A stretch of DNA of 64,000 bases from a virus. Position 1 is the stretch's first letter, and each line of letters opens with the position of its first letter. Location: IMG/VR virus record IMGVR_UViG_3300025645_000054, positions 12,799-76,798 of that record, one strand, 5' to 3'. A model generated the notes under the pieces. The model did no database searches, was not told the DNA's origin, and worked only from the letters and a program-made list of their open reading frames with translations. Shown one piece after another: positions 36,299 through 45,276 of the stretch. The translations under genes were made by a program, and so were the position numbers.

Positions 36299-36616
36299 AT
36301 GCTTACAACTTCCGATGTCGCGGGCCGGCTGAACGTCAGCTCCCGTACCGTACAGCGCCTCATCCAAAGTGAGGGGTTGCCAGCGTTCCGCATCGGAGGG
36401 CATTATCGCTACGTCGAGCAGGAGCTCGATCGTTGGCTAGTCCGTAAACGTATGAGGACCACATGGAACAAGGACAAGGTCGCGTCTACACGCGCCCCGA
36501 GAGCAGGTCATACTGGATCGAATATAGAAGTTCTGACGGACGGAAAATTCGAAGATCTGCTAAAACCCAAGACAAGAAAGAAGCTGAAGCCGAGCTGGGA
36601 AGGCTCCTTCGGTTGA
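36299..36616 (+). CDS. xis: excisionase-type helix-turn-helix protein
   Basis: MLTTSDVA..LNVS.RTV.RLI...GLPA.RIGG.YR....EL..W; directly upstream of the integrase. Confidence 0.8.
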   Translation: MLTTSDVAGRLNVSSRTVQRLIQSEGLPAFRIGGHYRYVEQELDRWLVRKRMRTTWNKDKVASTRAPRAGHTGSNIEVLTDGKFEDLLKPKTRKKLKPSWEGSFG

Positions 36617-37506
36617 GGACCTCGATTTCCTTCAAAGAGGCGGTCGTGGACTTCTTCGAGGTGAATGGCCACGGGCGTCTCAAGCCCAAAACCATTCAGA
36701 ACTACGAAACCTCTCTCAGAGCGGTGGCTCCACTTTTTTCAGAATTGTCTTTGGACGAGATCCGAACGGATCAGCTCAAACAATTGGTACGTGAACGGCG
36801 CAAGACTGTGTCGGACACATCTGTGAAGAGGGATCTCGCTTTTGTCTCAAGCGTGTTCAGTCATGCAATTGGGACCATGCCGCAGGCACCGGAAACTAAC
36901 CCTGTTCTTAGCTTCAGTAAACGTCACCTAAAGGAACAGGCAAGAACCCGGTGGCTGCGGCCGCACGAGTATGATCGGCTCATTGAGAGCTGCCAAAACC
37001 CCACACAAGCACTGGTCATCAAGACCGCAACCCTGACCGGGATGCGGCACACTGAGCTGTCCAGTCTCCGGAAGGGGATGATCAATTTTCAGAAAAAGGA
37101 GGTCATACTAGATGTTGATCTGACGAAGAACGGAAAGGAGCGGGTCGTACCCCTCTGTGCGTCACTGTGTTTCGACCTGGAACAGCTGTGTCTACGAACA
37201 CCGGGGGATTTAGTGTTCTGCTATATGCATGGCGCTACCCGGGAGTGGAGATCTTATCAGAATTTCTCCAACTTCTGGGATGGTGTTCGAACCCGAGCCA
37301 ACTTGAAAGATGTGAGGTTTCACGACCTTAGGCATACTTTCGCCTCGTGGTGGGTACAGGCAAATGGGGATCTGCTGCGACTGAGGGACATCCTCGGACA
37401 CAGCTCTCTCCAGATGGTCCAGCGGTATGCCCACCTGAACACAGGCGGGCATCACGCGGAGATAAACGAGGTGTTCGAAACACACTTTGCACACAGCCTC
37501 GAATAA
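36463..37506 (+). CDS. int: tyrosine integrase
   Basis: TGMRHTE (R), TKNG (K), FHDLRHT (HxxR), LGHS...RY (H, Y); N-terminal arm-binding-like strand; adjacent attP. Confidence 0.95.
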   Translation: MEQGQGRVYTRPESRSYWIEYRSSDGRKIRRSAKTQDKKEAEAELGRLLRLRTSISFKEAVVDFFEVNGHGRLKPKTIQNYETSLRAVAPLFSELSLDEIRTDQLKQLVRERRKTVSDTSVKRDLAFVSSVFSHAIGTMPQAPETNPVLSFSKRHLKEQARTRWLRPHEYDRLIESCQNPTQALVIKTATLTGMRHTELSSLRKGMINFQKKEVILDVDLTKNGKERVVPLCASLCFDLEQLCLRTPGDLVFCYMHGATREWRSYQNFSNFWDGVRTRANLKDVRFHDLRHTFASWWVQANGDLLRLRDILGHSSLQMVQRYAHLNTGGHHAEINEVFETHFAHSLE

Positions 37507-37541
37507 TACCGGACACAGACCCCGGGTAAGTCTTTGATAAG

Positions 37542-37590
37542 TGGTGAGCCGTGCAGGATTCGAACCTGCGACCCACTGATTAAAAGTCAG
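37542..37590 (-). other. attP core: 3' 49 nt of tRNA-Lys(UUU)
   Basis: Minus strand reads CTGACTTTTAATCAG-TGGGTC-GCAGGTTCGAATCCTGC-ACGGCTC-ACCA (anticodon arm, T arm, acceptor 3' strand, CCA); no D arm or 5' acceptor strand upstream. Confidence 0.9.
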
Positions 37591-37722
37591 TACTAGCCAG
37601 CGTCAAAATTAATCTAAGGTACTGGTTTCACTCACTTATCACTGACGACACCCGGGGTCATGTGCGCCAGGAAACCCTGTTCGCGACACACTTTTGCGGA
37701 CACAGCACATTTGGTAGGCATC

Positions 37723-38118
37723 ATGAAGAATACGCAACGAAACAACGGCATCGCCCAGGAGTATATCCGGGGCTCAACTCTGGAGCAGATCTCTTCAGAG
37801 TATGGGATTTCCCCCCGGATGATCAGGTACATCCTGACCCAGAAGGGCCTCAGAGCTGAGGACCGTAAAAAACAACCCTCTTTTGATCTGGCTCCAAGCC
37901 CCCGCAGCCAACTTCATCTAAAGATTGGACAGCGGCTCTATGAGGCTTACTTTGTTAAGAGGGGTCTAAGCCGCGCCGAAGCGGCGGTCAAAATGGGGAT
38001 CAGTGCCAAGGGTTTGAGGAACCTTGAGAGCGGAAGATCGAATATTGACCTGCTGACTTTGCAGAACATTGCAGGTTTCATGGAAATAAGTGTGGGAGAA
38101 CTCATTGATGGCAGTTGA
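37723..38118 (+). CDS. two-HTH transcriptional regulator (C-terminal XRE-type), candidate repressor
   Basis: N-terminal GSTLEQIS.EYGIS.R.I; C-terminal RGLSRAEAA..MGIS...L.NLESG......TL..IA. Confidence 0.8.
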   Translation: MKNTQRNNGIAQEYIRGSTLEQISSEYGISPRMIRYILTQKGLRAEDRKKQPSFDLAPSPRSQLHLKIGQRLYEAYFVKRGLSRAEAAVKMGISAKGLRNLESGRSNIDLLTLQNIAGFMEISVGELIDGS

Positions 38119-38287
38119 TAATCGGCTATATAAATATTTCCGGAATGTGTGGTTGTTCCGAACAACAGGACAGGAAGTGTACAAGAACATGCTAATTCAG
38201 CAAGCACAGGCACCCCATACCCCCGAGGGTCGCGCGGCCCTCCGTGTGGTTCAGAAAGAACAATGGGGGGTATATGCAACAGGTTGA
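38108..38287 (+). CDS. small hypothetical protein
   Basis: GGAG SD, overlaps neighbours. Confidence 0.5.
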   Translation: MAVDNRLYKYFRNVWLFRTTGQEVYKNMLIQQAQAPHTPEGRAALRVVQKEQWGVYATG

Positions 38288-38975
38288 CACATTCGGTATC
38301 CATTGGGACGGGCCGATCGCGTGGTTACAACAGGGAAGAGGGGGCTCCAATTTTTTGGGGCTCCATAAAAAGTCGCCATTCAAAAATCCATCAGGAGCCT
38401 GTAACCATCTGGTCCCTGTGGCCGCGCCGATCCCTGATCGGGTTCACTGGGAGGCCCTACTCAAGATCAATGATGACCCACTGGTACAAGCGATGCTGCC
38501 GGTGCCAAAAGAGGTGGGCTCTCGGCTCTACTACATTGTGGATCCCCACGATGATTTGAACCTCTACATCTCCTGCCTCTCTCGTTTCAGTTCCCCCATC
38601 CGACCGGTCATGAAACCGGAATGGATGATGACGAAAAAAGCTCTGGAGCGGGAACTCCTCTCGACGAACATCCAACCTCTGGTGATCACGCAGGTGAAGA
38701 GGACAGACATGAAACTGGTGGCAGCCCTCGCGGCCTCCACCAACTACCTACCGCGGACGTTGATTCTGAGCGGGGCCGGGGATATCCCTCTGCCGCCTCA
38801 GTATCAACTGATCGAGACAAAAATCCGAGACACGGATATTTCAGACCTCGTGACCCTGCCCCTTGAAACCATCGGGGCAACTCTGATCCGCCGTTACATG
38901 CGCAACGAAGATCTTTTTGGCCCCATCGAGTCCCGGCAAGCCCGCCGGGAACGGTTGAACCAAGAGAAACCCTAA
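38274..38975 (+). CDS. hypothetical protein
   Basis: 233-aa ORF filling the space before the helicase. Confidence 0.65.
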   Translation: MQQVDTFGIHWDGPIAWLQQGRGGSNFLGLHKKSPFKNPSGACNHLVPVAAPIPDRVHWEALLKINDDPLVQAMLPVPKEVGSRLYYIVDPHDDLNLYISCLSRFSSPIRPVMKPEWMMTKKALERELLSTNIQPLVITQVKRTDMKLVAALAASTNYLPRTLILSGAGDIPLPPQYQLIETKIRDTDISDLVTLPLETIGATLIRRYMRNEDLFGPIESRQARRERLNQEKP

Positions 38976-39000
38976 CCCCAAACCAATCCGTGAGGAATTT

Positions 39001-40428
39001 ATGCCCGAACTTCGACCCGCCCAGGTGGCCCATTTGGCGTTCTTTATGGCCACCCCCCGGTGTCTGGATCTCAGCGATCCGGGCACAGGAAAAACTCCCC
39101 CCGCCTGCACTTATATGGGCTTCCTATGGAGCCACCGGAAGGTGCGCTCCGTCTGGACCATGCCCAAGAGTTTGCTCAAGAAGAACCGCGACGAGCTGCT
39201 GTTCTTCTCCGACCTGACCGAAGAAGACGTAGTCATCGTCGACGGTCCCCCCACCAAACGCACCAAGCTGATGAAAAGTGACGGCAAGGTGTTCCTGATG
39301 GGCTTCGACTGTTTTTCAAACAACTGGCAGGAGCTACTCGGGTACCACCCCGACATCGATGCCCATGTCTCGGACGAGATCCACATGGGGTATGGGGGCC
39401 CCAGCTCCCAACGCACCCAGAGCATGTTCGCGGCCATGAAGCACATCAAATACTTCTTGGCCATGACCGGCACGATCATCAACGGGAGGCTCTCATCGGT
39501 CTACCCCTGTATCGAGCTGTGTGCCCCCCATCTCTACCCCCACGGTTACGATCAATTTGAGAGCCGACACTCTCTCAAAGACACCTTCGGGAACACGGTC
39601 GCGTGGATCGATCCCAAACCCATCTCACAGTTCTTGGGCAAGTTCGGGGTCCGACAGACTTTTGAAGCGGCCTACGGCAAAGAGAAGAAGGTCATCGTGG
39701 TCGAAGAGTGCGACATGACCCCAAAACAGTACGAGGCCTACGAGGAGTTTGAAGAGACAGCCCTGCTGGAATTGGAAGAAGTCTGGCTGGATGGATCTCT
39801 CCCCGGGGTGAACTTCATCCGCTGCCGGCAGCTGATGGAACACCCCCAGACCTTTGGGGAGCCCTTGGACAAGATCAAACACACCGGGAAGGAAGAGCAG
39901 CTGCGGATCCACATGCAGCATGCCCTTGATACGGGGGAAGCCCTGATCATCTTCGCGGCCCTTGTCCCCAGCCAAGAGCGGATCGCCCAGCTGGCAGAAA
40001 AGATGGGCCTGCGCGTCGGGCTGATCAACGGCAACGTCAGCACCAAACGGCGGAACGTCCAGAGCGAAGCATTCATTGCGCGTGAACTGGATGTGATGGT
40101 GGCCTCGCCGGCCACGGCATCAGTCGGCTACAACTGGGGATTTGTAGACCATGTGGTCTTCAGCTCCATGGACGCCATGGACAGCTCCTTTGTCCAAGGC
40201 TACCGGCGGGCGATGCGCGGGGTCCGGAAGCGGGCGCTGCTGATCACCCTCCTGAAATACCGGAACTCAAAAATTGAGAACCGGATCTTCGAGATCATCG
40301 ACCAGAAGTCCAAACTTGCGGCCGACGTCGATGACCGAAACGAGCGCCTGGATCTCCAAGAGACCGGGAAGAAACGGAAACACATGACGAAGAGTGGAAA
40401 GCTCTCGATGGAGGCCTTCATGAAGTAA
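39001..40428 (+). CDS. SF2 (SNF2-like) helicase
   Basis: DPGTGKT, SDEIH, MTGT, SVGYN, QGYRRAMRG motifs. Confidence 0.9.
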   Translation: MPELRPAQVAHLAFFMATPRCLDLSDPGTGKTPPACTYMGFLWSHRKVRSVWTMPKSLLKKNRDELLFFSDLTEEDVVIVDGPPTKRTKLMKSDGKVFLMGFDCFSNNWQELLGYHPDIDAHVSDEIHMGYGGPSSQRTQSMFAAMKHIKYFLAMTGTIINGRLSSVYPCIELCAPHLYPHGYDQFESRHSLKDTFGNTVAWIDPKPISQFLGKFGVRQTFEAAYGKEKKVIVVEECDMTPKQYEAYEEFEETALLELEEVWLDGSLPGVNFIRCRQLMEHPQTFGEPLDKIKHTGKEEQLRIHMQHALDTGEALIIFAALVPSQERIAQLAEKMGLRVGLINGNVSTKRRNVQSEAFIARELDVMVASPATASVGYNWGFVDHVVFSSMDAMDSSFVQGYRRAMRGVRKRALLITLLKYRNSKIENRIFEIIDQKSKLAADVDDRNERLDLQETGKKRKHMTKSGKLSMEAFMK

Positions 40429-40599
40429 TACATTTCCATGCAATCGCGAAAACGAATGATTGATTATGACACTACTTTCAATCATTAAGTACTTGTCCCT
40501 GTGTTGGTCGGGGGGTCGGAGTTCCAGCTCTAACCCCCCATCTTCCAGCCCTCGGATTTTATGCAATCACAGTCTCAAAAGACAGAAAGAACATCTATT

Positions 40600-41265
40600 A
40601 TGGCCGATATGTCAGCAGCAATCAAGAAAGCACAGGAAGCAGCCGGAGAAGTCATCGACGCAGAAGCGCAGTATGACGTCCCAGCTACCACGGCCCCACA
40701 GGCCGGTGCTGTCGTCCCTTTCCAAAAACCATCTATGGCCGCGTTGGGCAACGCCACAGGCATCAACAACCAAGTTGATATGTGGCTCAAGGTCAACGAG
40801 CACGGCATCCAGATCGGTTCGGAAAAACCCCTGATCACCGACGGGCTCAAAGTCAAAGTCGCCATGGTGGAAGACGAAGGTTTCTTCGTCAAACAGTCCA
40901 TCAAATGGGGCAAGCCCATCAACTACGCATCCACCTACGACGGCATCATGTCCGACAAAGGTGGCAGCTGGAACGATCAAGTCGCCATGGTGCAGGCCAT
41001 CGATCCCACAGCAAAGATGTTCCCATCAGCGGACATCCTTCTGGTCCTCGCCGAGGATTTGAAGCTGAAGGATAAGACCCTGCCCGCCGGCACAAAACTG
41101 GGTCACACTCTGTCCATGTCGAACTTCGGCAACTGGTCCGAGCTCTATCGTGAAGCGGCTGCGGCCAATCAGGTCGGTCAGGAGATCGATCTGCAGTTGG
41201 ATTACGAAGAGATCAACGGCAAAAACGGGTTCACTTGGGGCGTCCTGACGTTCGCCCTTTCCTAA
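40600..41265 (+). CDS. putative ssDNA-binding / replication accessory protein
   Basis: Between helicase and polymerase; beta-rich with aromatic C-terminus; function inferred from position. Confidence 0.55.
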   Translation: MADMSAAIKKAQEAAGEVIDAEAQYDVPATTAPQAGAVVPFQKPSMAALGNATGINNQVDMWLKVNEHGIQIGSEKPLITDGLKVKVAMVEDEGFFVKQSIKWGKPINYASTYDGIMSDKGGSWNDQVAMVQAIDPTAKMFPSADILLVLAEDLKLKDKTLPAGTKLGHTLSMSNFGNWSELYREAAAANQVGQEIDLQLDYEEINGKNGFTWGVLTFALS

Positions 41266-41380
41266 CCCACCCTTTCTCTGGGGTTTTCCCTGTTGCTCCA
41301 GAGACTCCGGCCTTCCCCTAGCGTCCTCCCACGTGGGGGGAAGGCCACCCCCACACCCCCCCCATAAATTCGAGGTTATT

Positions 41381-43867
41381 ATGACCGTCAAATCAGAACT
41401 GATTGACGCCCGGAACTGGGCTGTCCTCAAGGATCTGTTGATCCAAGACGTGAGCGAGGCCGGTATCGTCGGCTTCGACATCGAGACCTGTGATCCGGAT
41501 CGTCACGCAGGTCTCACAGATTTCATGAAGGCCGGGGGCGGCAAGCGCCTTGTCTTCGACGTCAACCGCACCATCGTGACCGGGTTCTCTTGGTATTGTG
41601 ATGACGCCGACACCGCCTACTATCTGAACCTGAACCATGCTGACGTTGAGAACCGGATCCCATGGTCCGAGGCCCGTCAGATTTTGGATGCCCGCCCCAC
41701 GGGTGGTTGCCATACCTTGTGCCACAACGCGCCCTTTGAGCTGACCATGATGCAGTCCTCTCTGGGCTTCGATCTGGGCCCCGACGTGATCTGCACCATG
41801 CAGATGGCTGTCTCGACCTTCAACGAAGACCAGTATGCTGTTGATGACATGATGTCTGCCGGGTTCGGTGGGATCCAGTCCCTGCTGGTGCCTCTGGGCA
41901 AGGCCTTCGCGACCTGTGACCCCCAGAACCTGACCGAGGTGCAGGGGGATCTGATGTCCCGCGTCCTGGCAAAGACCTCGGTCGCGGCCCACAGCTACAA
42001 CGGCATGGTCCGAGAGATGTCCTACGGCTACGGCCTGAAGAAGCTGACCAAGAAGTTCTTTGGCTACGAGCAGACAGAATTCAAAACCGTTCTGAACGGC
42101 AAGGCCCACATGGGTGAGCTGACCGGTGACGAAGTCTGTGCCTACGGCGCGGACGACGCCTACTGGTGTGTCCGTCTCTTCCACAAGTTCCTGCCCATGA
42201 TGATGGCCCAGAACGATCAACTCTGGGACACATTCCTGACGCAGGAAAACCCGATGATCTACGTGTTCGCGGACATCTGGTCCAACGGTCTGGTGATCGA
42301 CCTAGACGCTGTGACTGCCAAACGGGACGAAGAGCGCCAGAACTACGCTGCGGCCGTGCGTCAGATGCATGCTCACATCCGGGGGATGCTGCCCTATCCC
42401 GAGGCCCTGAACGAGGGGCTGAAGCACGACAAGTGGTACGCCAAGAACCCCACCAGCTACCGGAAGAAGATCACGGCGTGGGCGATGAAGGACCTGCCAG
42501 ATGACAACTTCGCGGCGGTCTATTCCACGGCCGGCCCCGTGTCCGCAGCGTGGGCTGCCGATCGGGGTCTGCCCAAAAGCACTGGGCCGAACCTGAGCTA
42601 CTACATGAGCGTCCGGTCCATCATGTACGACCTGACCGGTCTCAAGCCCCGGATGGCGGACGGCAAGGTGGCCTCCGACAAGAAGGCCCGGGAGAAGATG
42701 AAGGGCAAGGGTATCGATGATCTCTTGGAGATCATGACCCAGCTGGCCGGTATCGAGCAGCGCATGAAGCTGTATCTGACACCCTATACCCAGTTGATCG
42801 ACCCAGAGACCGGTCGTGTCTACCCAGTGGTATCCTCCCGCCTGAACTCACGTCGGATGGCGATGTCCAACCCCAACGGCATGCAACTGGCCAAGCGGGG
42901 GGAGTCCACCTACATCCGGGGCTTCTACAAAGCCGATGCGGAGGATCACGTGATCGTCTCCATCGACTGGAGCCAAGTGGAGTTGGTCGAGATCGGGGAC
43001 TTTTCTGGAGACCCCGAGTTTGCCAACGCCTTCGGACAGATCCCCTACAACGACCTGCACAAGAAGGCGGTCTCGGATCTGATGGACATCGCGATCGAGG
43101 ACGTGACCAAGAAGCTCCGCGGCGACGTGGGCAAGGTGGCCAACTTCAACTATTGGTACTCCGGAGCCCTCTCAACTGTGGGGGACATCATGGGCTGGTC
43201 CTCTGACAAGATGTGGGAGATGACCGACCGGTACCGCACCACGTTTGCCATCGCAGAAAAATGGCGCACGGATCTGATCATTGAGGCACGTGAGAAGGGG
43301 TATGTCACCCTTCCAGATGGCCACCGCCGGCACCGCTTTGAGGCCAGCTACATCTGGCAGCGCCTGTGGACAGAACGCTGGGCCGCAACCCGGCATCAGG
43401 GTCTGGTCAATTTCGGAGACCTGTTCGTCAAGAGGATCACCAGCCGCGCCGGCAACCAGATCGTGAACTCCATGATCCAAGGGTCCTGCGCCACACTGGC
43501 AAAGCGATCCATCCTGGGGATCAACGCAGAGCTGAAGTCCCGCTTCCGCTTCCGCTTCCTGATGCCCATCCACGACGAATTGGTGTTCAGCGTTCACAAG
43601 GACGACGCCGTGGGCTTCATCAAAGAGGCCAAGCGTATCATGTGTGACCACCCCACCATCATCACCCGATTGGTCCTGGATGCGACAGCTTCATGCGGCC
43701 GCAACTTTGAGCCCTTCGACATCGACCGGGCCCCTCTGGGCCAGATCGAGTTGGACGAAGCCCCAGAGATTTTGGGGTTCACCAAGGATCAGAAGCTGGA
43801 TGACGACGGTATCCAGACGGTGATCGACTATCTTTTCAACCCCAACCCAGTGAGGAACGCAGCATGA
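41381..43867 (+). CDS. polA: family A DNA polymerase with 3'-5' exonuclease
   Basis: GFDIET (ExoI), HNAPFE (ExoII), YGADDA (ExoIII), IDWSQVE (A), R..GKVANF...Y (B), IQGS, IHDEL (C). Confidence 0.95.
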   Translation: MTVKSELIDARNWAVLKDLLIQDVSEAGIVGFDIETCDPDRHAGLTDFMKAGGGKRLVFDVNRTIVTGFSWYCDDADTAYYLNLNHADVENRIPWSEARQILDARPTGGCHTLCHNAPFELTMMQSSLGFDLGPDVICTMQMAVSTFNEDQYAVDDMMSAGFGGIQSLLVPLGKAFATCDPQNLTEVQGDLMSRVLAKTSVAAHSYNGMVREMSYGYGLKKLTKKFFGYEQTEFKTVLNGKAHMGELTGDEVCAYGADDAYWCVRLFHKFLPMMMAQNDQLWDTFLTQENPMIYVFADIWSNGLVIDLDAVTAKRDEERQNYAAAVRQMHAHIRGMLPYPEALNEGLKHDKWYAKNPTSYRKKITAWAMKDLPDDNFAAVYSTAGPVSAAWAADRGLPKSTGPNLSYYMSVRSIMYDLTGLKPRMADGKVASDKKAREKMKGKGIDDLLEIMTQLAGIEQRMKLYLTPYTQLIDPETGRVYPVVSSRLNSRRMAMSNPNGMQLAKRGESTYIRGFYKADAEDHVIVSIDWSQVELVEIGDFSGDPEFANAFGQIPYNDLHKKAVSDLMDIAIEDVTKKLRGDVGKVANFNYWYSGALSTVGDIMGWSSDKMWEMTDRYRTTFAIAEKWRTDLIIEAREKGYVTLPDGHRRHRFEASYIWQRLWTERWAATRHQGLVNFGDLFVKRITSRAGNQIVNSMIQGSCATLAKRSILGINAELKSRFRFRFLMPIHDELVFSVHKDDAVGFIKEAKRIMCDHPTIITRLVLDATASCGRNFEPFDIDRAPLGQIELDEAPEILGFTKDQKLDDDGIQTVIDYLFNPNPVRNAA

Positions 43868-44031
43868 GAATTCCACTCCACGGCACCAAAGACCGCGAAG
43901 AAATCATCGACCTGCACATGCGGGCCGCGCAGCTGAACCCAAAGGGGTTCCGGACACCTTCGAACAAGAGACAGAAGAAGGTCCCTAAGACCCGCATCGA
44001 GCGAATGGCGACGGAGGTCTACGGCAAATGA
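43864..44031 (+). CDS. 55-aa basic protein (not in the ORF track)
   Basis: GAGG SD, ATGA overlaps at both ends. Confidence 0.6.
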   Translation: MRIPLHGTKDREEIIDLHMRAAQLNPKGFRTPSNKRQKKVPKTRIERMATEVYGK

Positions 44032-44498
44032 ACCACGACATTTATAAATCTGGACAGGTGGCGCGGTATCACTGCAACCCGACCATGTCTCTGTTCAGAC
44101 AGACCAATGCAGACCACCAATGGGGCTGCGTTATTCTGATCCTCATGCTCCACCCCAACCCCAGTGTCAGTCTGATCCGGGCAGCGGCCACGCACGATGT
44201 CGGAGAGATCGGGTCGGGCGATCTCTCCCATCAGGTGAAACAGGCTAATCCTGAACATGCTGCGAACCATGATGCACTGGAACAGTATGTGTCGGAGGAG
44301 ATGGGGTGCCCCCGGCCGTACCTCTCTGAGGGGGAGAAGGACTGGTTGAAATTCGCGGACCGTCTGGAAGCCTATCTGTACATGCGGATGTATGGCCAGT
44401 CAGCCCAATGGGGCGAGGAGCATCTTTCGGATCTCCGTCTCCGGGCCCAGAACCTGAAAGTCTCCAACAGATTTGAGGAGCTGATCAATGGCCAATGA
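44028..44498 (+). CDS. HD-domain deoxynucleotide hydrolase (YfbR-like)
   Basis: RYH...QTNADH, HDVGE..SGD....K, LKFADRLE. Confidence 0.8.
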   Translation: MNHDIYKSGQVARYHCNPTMSLFRQTNADHQWGCVILILMLHPNPSVSLIRAAATHDVGEIGSGDLSHQVKQANPEHAANHDALEQYVSEEMGCPRPYLSEGEKDWLKFADRLEAYLYMRMYGQSAQWGEEHLSDLRLRAQNLKVSNRFEELINGQ

Positions 44499-44568
44499 CT
44501 GGCAATCGACAACAACATTACCTTCACCCCCTTCTGCTTCACAGCGCAGAGAAACACGGAGTACTTCG

Positions 44569-44835
44569 ATGACTGATACCAACACACCCGAGACTGATGC
44601 TACCTACCTCGTCGCCGAGAATGAACTGCGCCAGTTCGTAGAGCGCATTGAGCGTCTGGACCAAGAGAAGAAAGACCTCGCCGAACAGCAGAAGGAAACT
44701 CTGGCCGAGGCCAAGGCCCGAGGCTATGATACCCGGATCCTGCGGATGATCATCGCCCAACGCAAGCGTGACAAGGATGACCTAGCCCATGAAGAGGCGA
44801 TCCTCGAGATGTACAAAGAAGCACTGGGAATGTGA
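44569..44835 (+). CDS. gapR: GapR/DUF2312 nucleoid-associated protein
   Basis: ELRQFVERIERL.QEKK.LAEQQKE..AEAKARGYD..ILR.II..RKRD......EEAILEMY..ALGM. Confidence 0.92.
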   Translation: MTDTNTPETDATYLVAENELRQFVERIERLDQEKKDLAEQQKETLAEAKARGYDTRILRMIIAQRKRDKDDLAHEEAILEMYKEALGM

Positions 44836-45239
44836 TGCAAGCAAAGCTCAGAAAACAGATCCGGCAACTCCGGACACTGGGCTTTGATCGAGATCAAATG
44901 GTTCTGGTCCTGTCCCCGCCAGCGTATAAGAAACTGGCGAAGGACGGGATCTTTCTGATCTCTGAGGGGCACTGGGAAGGGGTAAGGCTGGAGATAGCCA
45001 AGTATCCACTCGTCCTTGCCTATGTCTGGGCCCCTTACCACAGCTATGATCTCCGTCAGTACCCCGATGGGATGGTGAAGATCCTCGTCAACAATGCTGA
45101 CCACAGGATCTTGGATATGCCCCGATTGGTGGCCCCTTCGGGGGACATCCTTCACTTCAGTCCGGAGCAGACCAAAGGTGTCGGCCCCGGGCGGATCAAT
45201 ATCACTGGGACACTGGTGGCTATTGCTCCGATTGCATAG
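44832..45239 (+). CDS. hypothetical protein
   Basis: Coupled to gapR. Confidence 0.55.
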   Translation: MMQAKLRKQIRQLRTLGFDRDQMVLVLSPPAYKKLAKDGIFLISEGHWEGVRLEIAKYPLVLAYVWAPYHSYDLRQYPDGMVKILVNNADHRILDMPRLVAPSGDILHFSPEQTKGVGPGRINITGTLVAIAPIA

Positions 45240-45264
45240 TAATGTCCGACATTTCCCTGCAATC
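45230..45264. promoter_or_regulatory. inverted pair of the 16-bp motif
   Basis: GATTGCATAGTAATGT-CCG-ACATTTCCCTGCAATC. Confidence 0.7.
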
Positions 45265-45276
45265 TAACTAGGTCTC

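Noticed and set aside
37542-37620. Complete tRNA-Lys gene
   Set aside because: Sequence 5' of the anticodon stem cannot form a D arm or pair with the acceptor 3' strand; it is an attP fragment.
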